A stretch of DNA of 64,000 nt, taken from NCBI GenBank assembly GCA_035507075.1, contig DATJOL010000129.1, positions 17,052 to 81,051 of the forward strand, in the 5' to 3' direction. The DNA comes from Candidatus Aquilonibacter sp. (GTDB lineage Bacteria > Acidobacteriota > Terriglobia > Acidiferrales > UBA7541). Shown in pieces: positions 35,849 to 46,138 of this stretch. The position numbers and the translations under genes are program-made. The notes below the pieces were generated by a model. That model made no database searches. It was not told the DNA's origin and worked only from the letters and a program-made list of their open reading frames with translations. The stretch's first letter is position 1, and each line of letters begins with the position of its first letter.

Positions 35849-36076
35849 TTGGACATGAGCGTTTCGAATCAGGCGCCGGACAGCCAGTTTGCTTACGTTG
35901 TGGTTGTGGCGCGGCGCGCGCGGCAATTGATGATCGGCGGCCGTCCGCTGGTGGAAAACCCGCGGTCCCGCAAAAATACACGCATTGCCGAGGAAGAGCT
36001 GCACGCCGGCATGCTCGAATACGAAACGCCAGAGTTGAACCCGGAAGAGGAAGAGGTACGCCGGCGCAAGGGCTGA
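35849..36076 (+). CDS. rpoZ: DNA-directed RNA polymerase subunit omega
   Basis: SQFAYVVVVARRARQL pattern. Conserved yicC-gmk-rpoZ order. Start is TTG 35849 or ATG 35855. Confidence 0.85.
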   Translation: MDMSVSNQAPDSQFAYVVVVARRARQLMIGGRPLVENPRSRKNTRIAEEELHAGMLEYETPELNPEEEEVRRRKG

Positions 36077-36110
36077 GCGGCGAGTCGGGGTTGGAAGCGC
36101 GGGCCGTTTT

Positions 36111-37310
36111 ATGAAGATCGCATTGGGCGTCACGGGTGGCGTTGCCGCGTATAAAGCGGCGGAGCTCGTCCGGCGGTTGCAGGACGAGGGGCTCGACGTG
36201 CAGGTGGTGATGACGCGGGCGGCGCGAGAGTTCATCACGCCGCTGACCTTTGCCGCGTTGACGGGCAAGAAGGCGATCACGGAAATGTTCGGCGCGGAAG
36301 CGGCGGCGCCGGCGAACGTGGAGAGCGCGATCGAACATATGGCGGTGGCGCAGCGGATTGATCTGCTGCTGGTGGCTCCCGCGACTGCGGATGTGCTTTC
36401 GAAATTCGCGCACGGCGCGGCTGACGATTTTCTCTCTACGCTTTATCTCGCGACGAAAGCTCCGGTAGTGGTCGCTCCGGCGATGAACGTGAACATGTGG
36501 GAGCATTCCGCCACGCAAGGGAACCTTACGGCGCTGCGCGCGCGCGGCGTGCACGTGGTGGACCCGGACGAAGGTTATCTTGCTTGCGGGATGACGGGCG
36601 CGGGACGCCTGACGAAGACGGAAAGCATCGTGCGGAAGGTGTGCGACGTGCTGGGTTTGCGCAAGGATCTTGTGGGACAAACTGTGCTGATCACGGCTGG
36701 GCCTACGCGCGAAGATCTGGACCCGGTGCGATTTTTGACGAACCGGTCGTCGGGGAAAATGGGTTATGCGCTCGCCGAAGCGGCGGCACGGCGCGGAGCG
36801 CGGACGATTCTGGTGAGCGGGCCGGTGGAACTGGATGCGCCGGCGGGGGTGGATTGGGTTCCGGTGCGGACGACCGAGGAGATGCGCTCGGCGGTGATGG
36901 CGCGGGCGGCGGAAGCGAATATCCTGGTGATGGCCGCGGCTGTGGCGGATTACCGGCCGGCGGCGGTTCACGCGAATAAGATCAAGCGCAGCGAAGGGCG
37001 GATTACGCTCGATCTGGAGCCGACGGCGGATATTCTCGCGGAAGTCGGGCGCAACAAGGGGCAGAGCGTGCTGGTGGGATTCGCAGCGGAGACGAGCCGG
37101 CTGGTGGAGAATGCGCGCGAAAAGCTGCAGCGCAAGGGCGCGGATATGATTGTTGCGAACGACGTGACGCAGGAAGGCGCGGGCTTCGATACGGACACGA
37201 ATATTGTGACGCTGGTGATGCGCGACGGGCGCGATGTTGCGCTGCCGAAAATGACGAAGCGCGAAGTTGCGGACAAGATTTTGGATCAGGCGCTGACGCT
37301 GCGGCGATAG
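36111..37310 (+). CDS. coaBC: bifunctional phosphopantothenoylcysteine decarboxylase/synthetase
   Basis: Flavoprotein N-domain (GVTGGVAAYK...PAMNVNMW) and CoaB domain (ITAGPTREDLDPVRFLTNRSSGKMG...AAVADYRP). Confidence 0.95.
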   Translation: MKIALGVTGGVAAYKAAELVRRLQDEGLDVQVVMTRAAREFITPLTFAALTGKKAITEMFGAEAAAPANVESAIEHMAVAQRIDLLLVAPATADVLSKFAHGAADDFLSTLYLATKAPVVVAPAMNVNMWEHSATQGNLTALRARGVHVVDPDEGYLACGMTGAGRLTKTESIVRKVCDVLGLRKDLVGQTVLITAGPTREDLDPVRFLTNRSSGKMGYALAEAAARRGARTILVSGPVELDAPAGVDWVPVRTTEEMRSAVMARAAEANILVMAAAVADYRPAAVHANKIKRSEGRITLDLEPTADILAEVGRNKGQSVLVGFAAETSRLVENAREKLQRKGADMIVANDVTQEGAGFDTDTNIVTLVMRDGRDVALPKMTKREVADKILDQALTLRR

Positions 37311-37311
37311 C

Positions 37312-38474
37312 CTATCGAGAAGGCCACTCCCATCTGGGCACATCCGTTCCTGGTGGGAGCGCAGCGCGCGTTTCGCCGAATTCCTTTTCGAGCCTGACGC
37401 AATGGGAGCCGGGCTCATGCGAAAGCGCAGAAATCAATTTCTCCGAATGAGTGACCACAATCACTTGGCAATGCCGCGCAGCTCGCCCGATCAGTCTAGC
37501 CAGCGGGGAGAGTAAGTCCGGGTGCAGACTTGTTTCCGGCTCATTTAGCACCATTAGTTCCGGTGGTCGTGGCGTAAGCAACGCCGCAATCCAAAGCAAA
37601 TACCTCAAAGTTCCGTCTGAGAGTTCCGCGGCGTTCAGAGTACGGAGCAGTCCGTGCTGTTTCATGGCCAAGGAGAAGCGCCCCTCCGACTCGACCGTTG
37701 AAAGCTGGCTCATCGGGAAGGCGTCTTCGACTGCGGCTGCAAGACCTCCCCGATCGCCGATGGCAAGGATGGTCTCGACGGCAGAAGCAACATCAGACCC
37801 GTCGTGCCCCAGCACCGGCGTGTGGGTGCCGACCTGTGGCGATCGCGTGGGCGAGTCTGGGTCCGTCCTGAATTGGTCGTAGAATCGCCAGGCCCTGATC
37901 GATTCGCGCAAAGCCAGGATCTCAGGAGCACGCCGAGGATCGGCGAGTTGCGTCATCATGCTGTCAAACGGCGCAAGATTTTTAGCCGCGATGTCCCAGC
38001 CTCCCGCTTCCGTCCGGGTGCGGACAACAGCTCGCTGTCGATCCACGAGCAGGGCCGAAGGCCTCAGCGTTGGAGCATGCCAAATGCACTCGCGCTTAAT
38101 TTCCGGATCGAGCTGAAAAGGCGAGCTGCCCGGTACAGGTAGGCCCAGGTCCATAAGGTAACCGAATTCCTCCCCCGAAAATCCGAGTCGAAGACTTACC
38201 GGTTCCTGCCGCACCGTGCCCTGAACCGGATGTTCGCCACGCCCACAGCTGCACCAATGGATTCAGGACCGGCCCATAAAGTGGATTGCAAGCCGCCTTC
38301 TCGAGCGAGAGACGGCACGACGCGGCTTTGAGCTGTATCAGCCAAAAGGCGAAGTGCTCGATATGAATTCGACTTGCCGCTGCCATTCGCTCCCGTGATC
38401 ACATTCAACTTTTTAAGCGGCAATATAAGGTTTCGCAGCGACCGGTAATTTGAAACCGCTAGCGCAGTGAGCGT
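37312..38474 (-). pseudogene. disrupted COG4637-like AAA/ABC-type ATPase
   Basis: N-terminal (T)LTALAVSNYRSLRNLILPLKKLNVITGANGSGKSN has ACG where ATG is expected (38474-38472), with an in-frame TAA 4 codons upstream. The reading frame switches between 38196 and 38263. The C-terminal part carries SDGTLRYLL and Walker B LMVLNEPETSLHP. Confidence 0.7.
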
Positions 38475-38574
38475 CGATCCGTATTATAAGTTCAAGCATC
38501 GCGAACTGCTTCGGCTGAATGCCATCGATTGCCGCTTGTGGAATCCTTTGCTTTCGCTCAGAATCTGTTGCTTC

Positions 38575-39444
38575 ATGATCTCCACGAAGACACCGGGCTT
38601 CGAAGCCTGGCTGCAATACGCCGACGATCTAGGTCTTGGCCCGTTTTATCGCGATCGTGTTTCGAATCATGCGAGCGCCGGGCCACCCGCCGCTGAGTCG
38701 GCGGAGCCGACGAGGTTTCAGCCCGCGGCTGAGGGCGTGCAAGGTGTCGCTCCCGTGCCGAGCTTCGCGCCGAAGCTAGCCTGCACCGCGGTTGGCGCGG
38801 CGCCGATGAAACCCGGCGCGCCTATTGGCGCTGCTCGTTCCGAGGCCTCTCTCTTCGAGGAAAAAGTCGAAGACGATTCGTTGCAGAAGATCAAGGCGGA
38901 CATCGGCCCCGATTGCACGCGATGCAAGCTGCATAAGGCGCGGACGCAGGTTGTGTTTGGAGTGGGGAATCCGAAGGCGGAATTGATGTTTGTGGGCGAA
39001 GGGCCAGGACATGACGAAGATTTGCAAGGGGAACCGTTCGTGGGGCGCGCGGGGAAGCTGCTGACGCAAATGATCGAAGCGATGGGGCTGAAGCGAGCCG
39101 ATGTTTACATCGCGAATGTGGTGAAGTGCCGGCCGCCGGAGAATCGGCTTCCCGAAAAAGATGAAATCGCGACGTGTTCGCCTTATTTGTTGCGGCAGAT
39201 CGCGGCCATTCGGCCGAAGGTGATTGTGTGCCTGGGCGCTTGTTCGGCGCAGACGCTGCTGCAAACGACGCAGGGCATCTCGCGGTTTCGGGGCGAATGG
39301 TTCGATTTTCTTGGCGCGAAATTGATGGCTACCTATCATCCTGCATATTTACTGCGAAACCCGCCGGCGAAGGCGGACGTCTGGAAGGACCTGCAAAAAG
39401 TGATGGCGGTCCTCGGGCTCGAGGTAAAGAAGCCGAAGAAGTAA
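38575..39444 (+). CDS. uracil-DNA glycosylase family 4 with N-terminal extension
   Basis: C-x2-C...GVGNPKAELMFVGEGPGHDEDLQGEPFVGRAGKLL...HPAYLLRNP. ATG at 38575 is chosen because the ORF part from 38467 overlaps the divergent pseudogene. Confidence 0.85.
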   Translation: MISTKTPGFEAWLQYADDLGLGPFYRDRVSNHASAGPPAAESAEPTRFQPAAEGVQGVAPVPSFAPKLACTAVGAAPMKPGAPIGAARSEASLFEEKVEDDSLQKIKADIGPDCTRCKLHKARTQVVFGVGNPKAELMFVGEGPGHDEDLQGEPFVGRAGKLLTQMIEAMGLKRADVYIANVVKCRPPENRLPEKDEIATCSPYLLRQIAAIRPKVIVCLGACSAQTLLQTTQGISRFRGEWFDFLGAKLMATYHPAYLLRNPPAKADVWKDLQKVMAVLGLEVKKPKK

Positions 39445-39526
39445 AGAATTCCTCCCGCAATCGCGCCTGTGCGGAAAATCCGTTAGTCTGTCCATCGTTT
39501 GTTGTTGCTCCGTCGAGGAAATCCGA

Positions 39527-40420
39527 TTGGAAATTATTTTAGGGCTTACGGCCGCGGTCTGCTGGGGTGTGTCGGACTTCTGTGCGCGCTTTGCGTCACG
39601 CCAAATCGGGGCGTATCGAACGCTGTTGCTGATGCAGCCGTTCGGCGCCGTGGTGCTGACGATTTATTTGTGGCGCGCGGATTCGTGGTCGCAGTTGGCG
39701 GCGTTTGGCTGGAGACCGTGGATTTTCGCGCTGATTGGGGCGATGGTGAATACGGCGGCTTCGCTGGCGCTGTTTCACGCCTTCGAGATCGGGACGATGA
39801 GCGTGGCGGCGCCGGTGTCGTCTGCGTTTCCGGCAATCACGGTGACGCTATCGCTGCTGAGCGGGGAGCGGCTCGATGCAGTGCATGGCGCGGGAGTGGC
39901 GGTGATTTTTGTCGGCGTGATTCTGGCGGCGATTTCGCTTGCGTCTGAAGCGGAGACGAGGGCAGAAGAGGGCGGCAAATCGCGTGACGAGGGGAGCGCG
40001 CGCGTGGTGCGTGGGGCCGGCTGGGCGATTCTTGCGGCGATTGGGTTCGGACTGATGTTCTGGTGGTTTGGATTTCATGTGGTGCGGGAGATTGGCGGTG
40101 CGGCGACGGTATGGGTGGTGCGCGTGAGCACGTTTGTGGCGCTGATTCTTGCGGCGGTGCCTTTACGGCAGAATATTTCGCTGCCGCGCGGAAAAGTTTG
40201 GTGGCTGCTGGCGGCGGTGGGGCTGGTGGACACAACGGCTTTTGTGGCGAACAACATCGGCATGCGGCTCGGGCACGTGAGCATTGTGACGGTGCTTGCG
40301 TCGCTTTACGGCGCGGTGACGGTGATGCTGGGCGCGATTTTCGTTCGTGAACGACTGCAAAAGACGCAATGGTGCGGGATTTTCCTGATATTTGCCGGAA
40401 TTGTGCTGGTGAGTTTGTAG
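39527..40420 (+). CDS. EamA/DMT family transporter
   Basis: Ten hydrophobic helices in two EamA-like halves. Confidence 0.85.
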   Translation: MEIILGLTAAVCWGVSDFCARFASRQIGAYRTLLLMQPFGAVVLTIYLWRADSWSQLAAFGWRPWIFALIGAMVNTAASLALFHAFEIGTMSVAAPVSSAFPAITVTLSLLSGERLDAVHGAGVAVIFVGVILAAISLASEAETRAEEGGKSRDEGSARVVRGAGWAILAAIGFGLMFWWFGFHVVREIGGAATVWVVRVSTFVALILAAVPLRQNISLPRGKVWWLLAAVGLVDTTAFVANNIGMRLGHVSIVTVLASLYGAVTVMLGAIFVRERLQKTQWCGIFLIFAGIVLVSL

Positions 40421-40464
40421 CGACCCCGATTAATTCAGACCGCTGCTGATAAAATAGCGCGCAC

Positions 40465-42918
40465 ATGAGTGCCCGTTACTGCGAAGTTGCGCTGCCGGTT
40501 CCGCTGCGATCGACGTTCACTTATGGTGTGCCGGCGTGGATGAACGGTGACGGAGGCACGCTCGTCGGCCGGCGCGTTGTGGTGCCGTTTCGCAATCGGG
40601 CGATGGTGGGAGTGGTGGTTGGCGAGACCGATCACGCGCCGGAAGTCGCGAAGGTGAAGGAAATTGCCGAGGCGATGGATTCAGTCCCGGCATTGCCGGC
40701 GAAATTGATCGAATTGGGCGAATGGATCAGCCGGTATTATCTCGCGCCGATTGGGGAGACGTTTCGCGGAATGTTGCCGCCGGAAGTCGAGTTGAGGTAC
40801 GAGCGCGAATATGCGATTACGGCGGAGGGGCACGCTTATCTGGCTGAGATTTCATCGACGGATGAAAAAACGGAGGAAGAGGTCCGCGAACGGGCATTGT
40901 TGGAACAGATTGCGTCTATTGCTGCGAGCGAGAACGCTCAGGGAACTAAGCCGAGGCGAAAACGCATTGATGCGGCGACGGCAGAGAAGCTGGTACGGCG
41001 CGGCTATCTGACGGCACGCGAGGTGGTGGAGCGCAAAAAGGCCCGCGCGCAGAAAATCGTTTCGTGGAATGCTGAGTGGCAAGACGCCAATAACGCGGAG
41101 CTGACGCCCGCGGAGGAGCGCGTTCGCGATGTGCTCACGGCGACGACAGGTCCGTTGCCGATCGAGCATCTGGTGAAACATGCGAAAGCCGCGCGATCGG
41201 TAGTGCTGCGGCTTGAAAAGAAGGGCGTGGTGAAGACCTGGGACGAGCCGATCTCCGCCGATGATCCGTGGGACACGGATTTCACGCCGCCTGCGAATGA
41301 ATTGAACACGGAACAGAAGCGGGCGCTCGAAGAAATCTGGCGGTGGATTGTTGCGGGGAAATTCACCGCGGCTTTGCTGCATGGCGTGACGGGAAGCGGG
41401 AAGACGGAAGTTTACCTCGCCGCGATCGAGGCCGTGCTTTCGCGCGGGAAGACGGCGATTCTGCTCGTGCCGGAAATCGCGCTCACGCTGTGGCTGGGGC
41501 GATTGGTTCGCGCGCGATTCGGCGACCAGATTGCGGTATTGCACAGCGCGGTTGCCGATAATGAGCGCGCGCGCGAATGGTGGCGCGTGCGCAACGGAGA
41601 AGCGCGCGTCGTGATCGGGACGCGGTCGGCGATTTTCGCGCCGCTCGAAAACGTGGGCCTGATCATCGTCGACGAGGAGCAGGAGTCGAGTTACAAGCAA
41701 GAGGAGACGCCGCGTTACCACGGGCGCGACACGGCGGTGTATCGCGCGCGGCTGGAAGGAGCGGTGGTCCTGCTTGGCTCGGCGACGCCGTCGATCGAGA
41801 CGTATCACAACGCAAACACGGGGAAGTATCAGCTGCTGCAGCTAACGGCGCGGGTGGCGAACCGGCCGCTTGCCGAGGTTCGAATTATCGATCTACGCGA
41901 AGATTTTCGACGGCAGCACAAGGCGGCGCCCGTTTCCGAGGCATTGCGCGAAGCGATTGCGCTGAGACTCGAAGAGAAAACGCAAGCGATGGTGCTGATC
42001 AATCGGCGCGGATATTCCTGGTCGCTTTTGTGCAGGAGCTGCGGCGCGTTTGTACAGTGCGAAAACTGCAGCATCGCGCTAACGTACCACAAGAACCGCG
42101 GCCGGCTCGAATGCCACTATTGCGGGTATTGGGCGAAGCCGCCGAAGCAGTGCCCGAAATGCCATGCCGAGTATATGTATTTTGTCGGGGACGGCGCCGA
42201 GCGAGTGGAAGAGTATTTGCGGGAGAAATTTCCCGCGGCGCGAGTTGCGCGGCTCGACCGGGATACGGTTCGCACCAAGCGCGAATACCAGCAAGTGCTG
42301 GGCGCGTTTGCGAAGGGCGATATTGACGTGCTTGTGGGCACGCAGATGGTGGCGAAGGGGCATGATTTTCAGCGTGTGACGCTGGTGGGGGTGGTGGCGG
42401 CGGATCAGGCGCTCAGCCGGCCGGATTTTCGCGCCGCCGAGAAGACGTTTCAACTGCTGACGCAGGTGGCGGGGCGAGCAGGACGAGGCGATCTTGCGGG
42501 CGAAGTGCTTGTAGAAACGTACTATCCCGACCACTACGCGATTCAGTATGCAGCGCGACAGGACTACACGTCGTTCTATGAAAAGGAAGCGCATTTCCGA
42601 AGGATGCTGCACTACCCGCCGTTTACGGCGCTCGCGAGCGTGATTGTTCGCGATAAGAAAGTGGAGAATGCGATCCGGTGGTCGCGGGCGTTGGGGGGTT
42701 GTTTTGCGCCTTACGAGGAGCGAGGGGTGAAGGTCCTGGGGCCAGCCGCGGCGCCGCTTGCGCGACTGCGAAGCGAATACCGGTTTCAGTTCGTGCTGAA
42801 GTCACAGCAGCGGGCAATGTTGGGGAGAGCGCTGCAAGCGGGGCTAGATTTTTGCGAGAAGAATGAAATTCCGGATACGGCGGTGCTCGCGGACGTTGAT
42901 CCCACGAGCCTGAGCTGA
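40465..42918 (+). CDS. priA: primosomal protein N' (replication restart helicase PriA)
   Basis: N-terminal 3'-end-binding domain (YCEVALPVPL...FTY), helicase motifs GVTGSGKTE and DEEQ, and the Cys-rich zinc region CRSCG...CENCS...CHYCG...CPKC. Confidence 0.95.
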   Translation: MSARYCEVALPVPLRSTFTYGVPAWMNGDGGTLVGRRVVVPFRNRAMVGVVVGETDHAPEVAKVKEIAEAMDSVPALPAKLIELGEWISRYYLAPIGETFRGMLPPEVELRYEREYAITAEGHAYLAEISSTDEKTEEEVRERALLEQIASIAASENAQGTKPRRKRIDAATAEKLVRRGYLTAREVVERKKARAQKIVSWNAEWQDANNAELTPAEERVRDVLTATTGPLPIEHLVKHAKAARSVVLRLEKKGVVKTWDEPISADDPWDTDFTPPANELNTEQKRALEEIWRWIVAGKFTAALLHGVTGSGKTEVYLAAIEAVLSRGKTAILLVPEIALTLWLGRLVRARFGDQIAVLHSAVADNERAREWWRVRNGEARVVIGTRSAIFAPLENVGLIIVDEEQESSYKQEETPRYHGRDTAVYRARLEGAVVLLGSATPSIETYHNANTGKYQLLQLTARVANRPLAEVRIIDLREDFRRQHKAAPVSEALREAIALRLEEKTQAMVLINRRGYSWSLLCRSCGAFVQCENCSIALTYHKNRGRLECHYCGYWAKPPKQCPKCHAEYMYFVGDGAERVEEYLREKFPAARVARLDRDTVRTKREYQQVLGAFAKGDIDVLVGTQMVAKGHDFQRVTLVGVVAADQALSRPDFRAAEKTFQLLTQVAGRAGRGDLAGEVLVETYYPDHYAIQYAARQDYTSFYEKEAHFRRMLHYPPFTALASVIVRDKKVENAIRWSRALGGCFAPYEERGVKVLGPAAAPLARLRSEYRFQFVLKSQQRAMLGRALQAGLDFCEKNEIPDTAVLADVDPTSLS

Positions 42919-42963
42919 AGACGACGTGGCCGTGAGGGATGCTCTCGGTCATGGGGGAAACAG

Positions 42964-43938
42964 ATGAATGACCGTGCGCGACGTATAGTGATACCGGGCG
43001 GGTCGGGCCAAGTGGGAAGAATTCTTGCCCGGCATTATGCGTCGCGCGGGGAGGAGGTGGTTGTGATCGCGCGGCAGGCTCCGGCTGATACGCCGTGGCG
43101 GACTGTGGCATGGGACGGGAGGACGGTGGGGCCGTGGGCGAAGGAAATTGACGGCGCGGATATAGTGATCAACCTTGCGGGGCGCAGCGTGAATTGCAGG
43201 TATAACGCGGCGAATCAGCGGGAAATCAAAGAATCCCGCGTGGTGACCGCGAAGCTGGTTGGAGACGCGATTGCGCAAGCATCGCGGCCGCCGCGAATTT
43301 GGATGAATGCGAGTACGGCGACGATTTATCGGCACGCGCTTGATCGGGCGATGGACGAAGCGACCGGAGAATTAGGCGGAAATGAGCCGGGTGCGCCGGA
43401 GACGTGGCGGTTCAGCATCGATGTGGCGAAATCGTGGGAAGAGGCGTTTTTCTCGGCGCCGGCACCGGGCACACGAAAGATTGCGTTGCGCAGCGCGATG
43501 GTGATGAGCCCGGACCGCGGCGGCATTTTCGATACGCTGCTAGGCCTCGTGCGACGGGGACTCGGCGGGACGTCGGGATCGGGAACGCAATTTGTTTCGT
43601 GGATTCACGACCGGGATTTCATTCGTGCGCTGGACTTTCTGATTAATCGAGATGATTCCGAGGGTGCCGTGAACATTGCTTCGCCGGACCCATTGCCCAA
43701 TCGAGAGTTCATGGCGGCGCTACGGCAAGCCTGGGGAATCAAGATCGGATTGCCGGCGACAGAATGGATGCTCGAAATTGGCGCGATGTTTCTGCGCACG
43801 GAGACGGAATTGATCTTGAAAAGTCGGAGGGTGATTCCGGGGCGATTGTTGGCGGGCAGCTTTCAGTTTGAATTTCCCGATTGGGCGCAGGCGGCGCGGG
43901 ATTTGGTGGGGCGGTGGGCAACGGCTAAAGCTGCGTGA
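42964..43938 (+). CDS. TIGR01777/YfcH-like NAD-dependent epimerase family protein
   Basis: GGSGQVGRIL Rossmann motif, INLAGRSV, and a C-terminal DUF1731-like segment. Confidence 0.85.
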   Translation: MNDRARRIVIPGGSGQVGRILARHYASRGEEVVVIARQAPADTPWRTVAWDGRTVGPWAKEIDGADIVINLAGRSVNCRYNAANQREIKESRVVTAKLVGDAIAQASRPPRIWMNASTATIYRHALDRAMDEATGELGGNEPGAPETWRFSIDVAKSWEEAFFSAPAPGTRKIALRSAMVMSPDRGGIFDTLLGLVRRGLGGTSGSGTQFVSWIHDRDFIRALDFLINRDDSEGAVNIASPDPLPNREFMAALRQAWGIKIGLPATEWMLEIGAMFLRTETELILKSRRVIPGRLLAGSFQFEFPDWAQAARDLVGRWATAKAA

Positions 43939-43975
43939 GTCGGTGTGGGCGGTCCCGTGACGGAGAAAGGATTTG

Positions 43976-44959
43976 CTATGGGTTGGTGGCGGGCCAGGGA
44001 GTGAAGCAGAGGATGAAGATCAGGATGGCGGCGACGGTGAGAACGCGGCGCTTGGGGTCGAGAGTTTCCCAGGGATCGTAAAAGGGAGGATGGCGGTAGC
44101 GGAGCGACAGTATCGTGAGAATGAAACCCCAGAGAAGCCAACCGTGCCAGGCGTAGATGCCGAGCCCGACCAGGGCTAGAGCAACGGCGAGCGAGGCCTG
44201 ACGATGCTTCTCCGGCGCGGTTGCGAAAAGGATGTGGCCGCCATCGAGTTGCCAGACGGGAAGAAGGTTGAGAGCGGTGGCGAACATGCCGATCCACGCG
44301 GCCCAGCCGATGGGATGGATGAGGACCCAACCTGGGTTCACGTTGGGATGAAAGAGCGCCTTGAGAAGGCGCAGAAACGACGGATCGCCAAAGAGAATAT
44401 CAGCGCTGTTCTGCACACCGGGGACAATTTTCGCAGCGGCAACGCCGTAGACCATGGCCGGCGCGGCGAGAAGAAAGCCTATGATCGGTCCTGAAATTCC
44501 GACATCAAAAAGAGCCTTACGGGTGGTGATAGGGGAGCGAATGCGAATGAACGCTCCGAAGGTGCCGAAGAGAGTCGGAGCGGGAATGAAATAGGGATAG
44601 GTTGCGTCGATGCCGTAAATCCGACAGGCGATGAAGTGGCCCATTTCGTGAGCCATCAGAATCACGAGCAAAGTGAATGAAAAGGGAACACCGAGCACAA
44701 GCAGATGCGGATGCTGGAACGGGACCAGCATCATGGCGAACGGGTCCTGGTTACCAGAAAAGGGCTCGCGATTCTGCGCGTAAGAAAGAGCGAATTCGGT
44801 GCCGACGGCGAGCGTGCTGAGAACCGTCAGTAGGAAGAGAATGAGGGCGGGCCAGATCGAAGGAGGCTTTGGCGGCGAAACCCGCTGCATTTTGGGAAGC
44901 GGGGGAAAACGCGCGTCGAGGACCTCGACAGGGATTTGCCCGTGACCGTTGGAGCTCAT
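43976..44959 (-). CDS. site-2 protease (M50) family metalloprotease
   Basis: HEMGHF zinc motif within a TM helix. Multiple TM segments. NLLPVWQLDGGH. Confidence 0.85.
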   Translation of the reverse strand: MSSNGHGQIPVEVLDARFPPLPKMQRVSPPKPPSIWPALILFLLTVLSTLAVGTEFALSYAQNREPFSGNQDPFAMMLVPFQHPHLLVLGVPFSFTLLVILMAHEMGHFIACRIYGIDATYPYFIPAPTLFGTFGAFIRIRSPITTRKALFDVGISGPIIGFLLAAPAMVYGVAAAKIVPGVQNSADILFGDPSFLRLLKALFHPNVNPGWVLIHPIGWAAWIGMFATALNLLPVWQLDGGHILFATAPEKHRQASLAVALALVGLGIYAWHGWLLWGFILTILSLRYRHPPFYDPWETLDPKRRVLTVAAILIFILCFTPWPATNP

Positions 44960-45068
44960 CTATCTCGATTATAGGTAAATTCGACGCGCGATGCGAAAGA
45001 AGGGTTTACGCGAAGGCGCCAGGCGCGAAGAGAGACAGCTGGGCCGCAGAAAAACGGGCGAGTGCGGA

Positions 45069-45356
45069 TCAGGATTTCGCGGCAGCGGCCGGGAGAGCCT
45101 GCAATTCCTTGCCGGGCTTGAAGCGGACAGCTTTGCCGGGAGGAATGTTCACTTGTTGGCCGGTGCGGGGATTACGGCCGATGCCGGTCTTGCGAGGCTT
45201 GACGTTGAAGACGCCGAAACGTCGGAGCTCGATGCGCTCGCCACGACCGAGAGCGCCCTTCATGGCCTCGAACACGGTTTCGAGAGCGGTTTCGGCCTTG
45301 GTTCGGGGAATGTTGGTTTTGGCAACGATGGCGTTCACGATGTCGAGCTTGATCAC
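45069..45356 (-). CDS. HU/IHF family DNA-binding protein
   Basis: RIELRRFGVFNVKPRKTGIGRNPRTGQQVNIPPGKAVRFKPGKEL. Confidence 0.9.
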   Translation of the reverse strand: MIKLDIVNAIVAKTNIPRTKAETALETVFEAMKGALGRGERIELRRFGVFNVKPRKTGIGRNPRTGQQVNIPPGKAVRFKPGKELQALPAAAAKS

Positions 45357-45414
45357 AAGTCCTCCCGCGCCTGAAAATTAGGCCGGAAACCTATGCTAGA
45401 CAGGGGTTTGCGGG

Positions 45415-45443
45415 TTGTCAAGCCACCTCGCGTGTAATACACT
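45415..45443 (+). promoter_or_regulatory. possible promoter for dcd
   Basis: TTGTCA (45415-45420), 17-nt spacer, TACACT (45438-45443), 50 nt upstream of dcd. Confidence 0.35.
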
Positions 45444-45492
45444 GACGCGCTCGCCCAAAGGAAAAACAGTCGAATAGGCAAGCGGGGGGAAA

Positions 45493-46047
45493 ATGTCCGT
45501 AAAGTCAGACAAGTGGATTCGGAGGATGGCTCTGGAACACAAGATGATTGAGCCATTCGAGGATCGGCAGGTGCGGGACGGAGTGATTAGTTTCGGGGTG
45601 TCGTCCTACGGATATGACATGCGCGTGGCCGACGAATTCCGGATTTTCACGAATGTGAATTCGACAATTGTGGACCCGAAGAATTTCGATGCGAAGTCGT
45701 TCGTGGAATTCAAAGGCGCGGTGTGTATCGTGCCGCCGAATTCGTTCGCGCTGGCACGGTCTGTGGAATTTTTCCGGATCCCGCGCAACGTGCTGACGAT
45801 TTGCGTCGGCAAGTCGACATATGCGCGGTGCGGGATCATCGTGAACGTGACGCCGTTTGAGCCAGAGTGGGAAGGATTTGTGACGCTGGAAATCAGCAAC
45901 ACGACGCCGCTGCCGGCGAAGATCTACGCGAACGAGGGATTGTGTCAGGTGGTGTTTTTCGAATCGGATGAGCCCTGCGAGACTTCGTACCGCGACAAGA
46001 AGGGGAAATATCAGTCGCAAACGGGGATTGTGTTACCAAAGATTTAG
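45493..46047 (+). CDS. dcd: dCTP deaminase
   Basis: MSVKSDKWI...GVSSYGYD...[10 protein letters not shown]...TLEISNTTP. Confidence 0.95.
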   Translation: MSVKSDKWIRRMALEHKMIEPFEDRQVRDGVISFGVSSYGYDMRVADEFRIFTNVNSTIVDPKNFDAKSFVEFKGAVCIVPPNSFALARSVEFFRIPRNVLTICVGKSTYARCGIIVNVTPFEPEWEGFVTLEISNTTPLPAKIYANEGLCQVVFFESDEPCETSYRDKKGKYQSQTGIVLPKI

Positions 46048-46138
46048 GCCTGTTCTCATTGGTTTTTGAAGTCCTACAGTTCTCGACTGAGCCGAAGCGT
46101 TTCTATTTTCGTGGTAGCTTTCACGAAGGAGGAACGCT

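Noticed and set aside
38413-38616. A 67-aa minus-strand ORF, and the 38467-38574 extension of the UDG ORF.
   Set aside because: Both are by-products of the degraded N-terminus of the ATPase pseudogene and of the divergent intergenic region. The conserved ATPase N-terminal sequence is in a different frame, and UDG has a sensible ATG at 38575.
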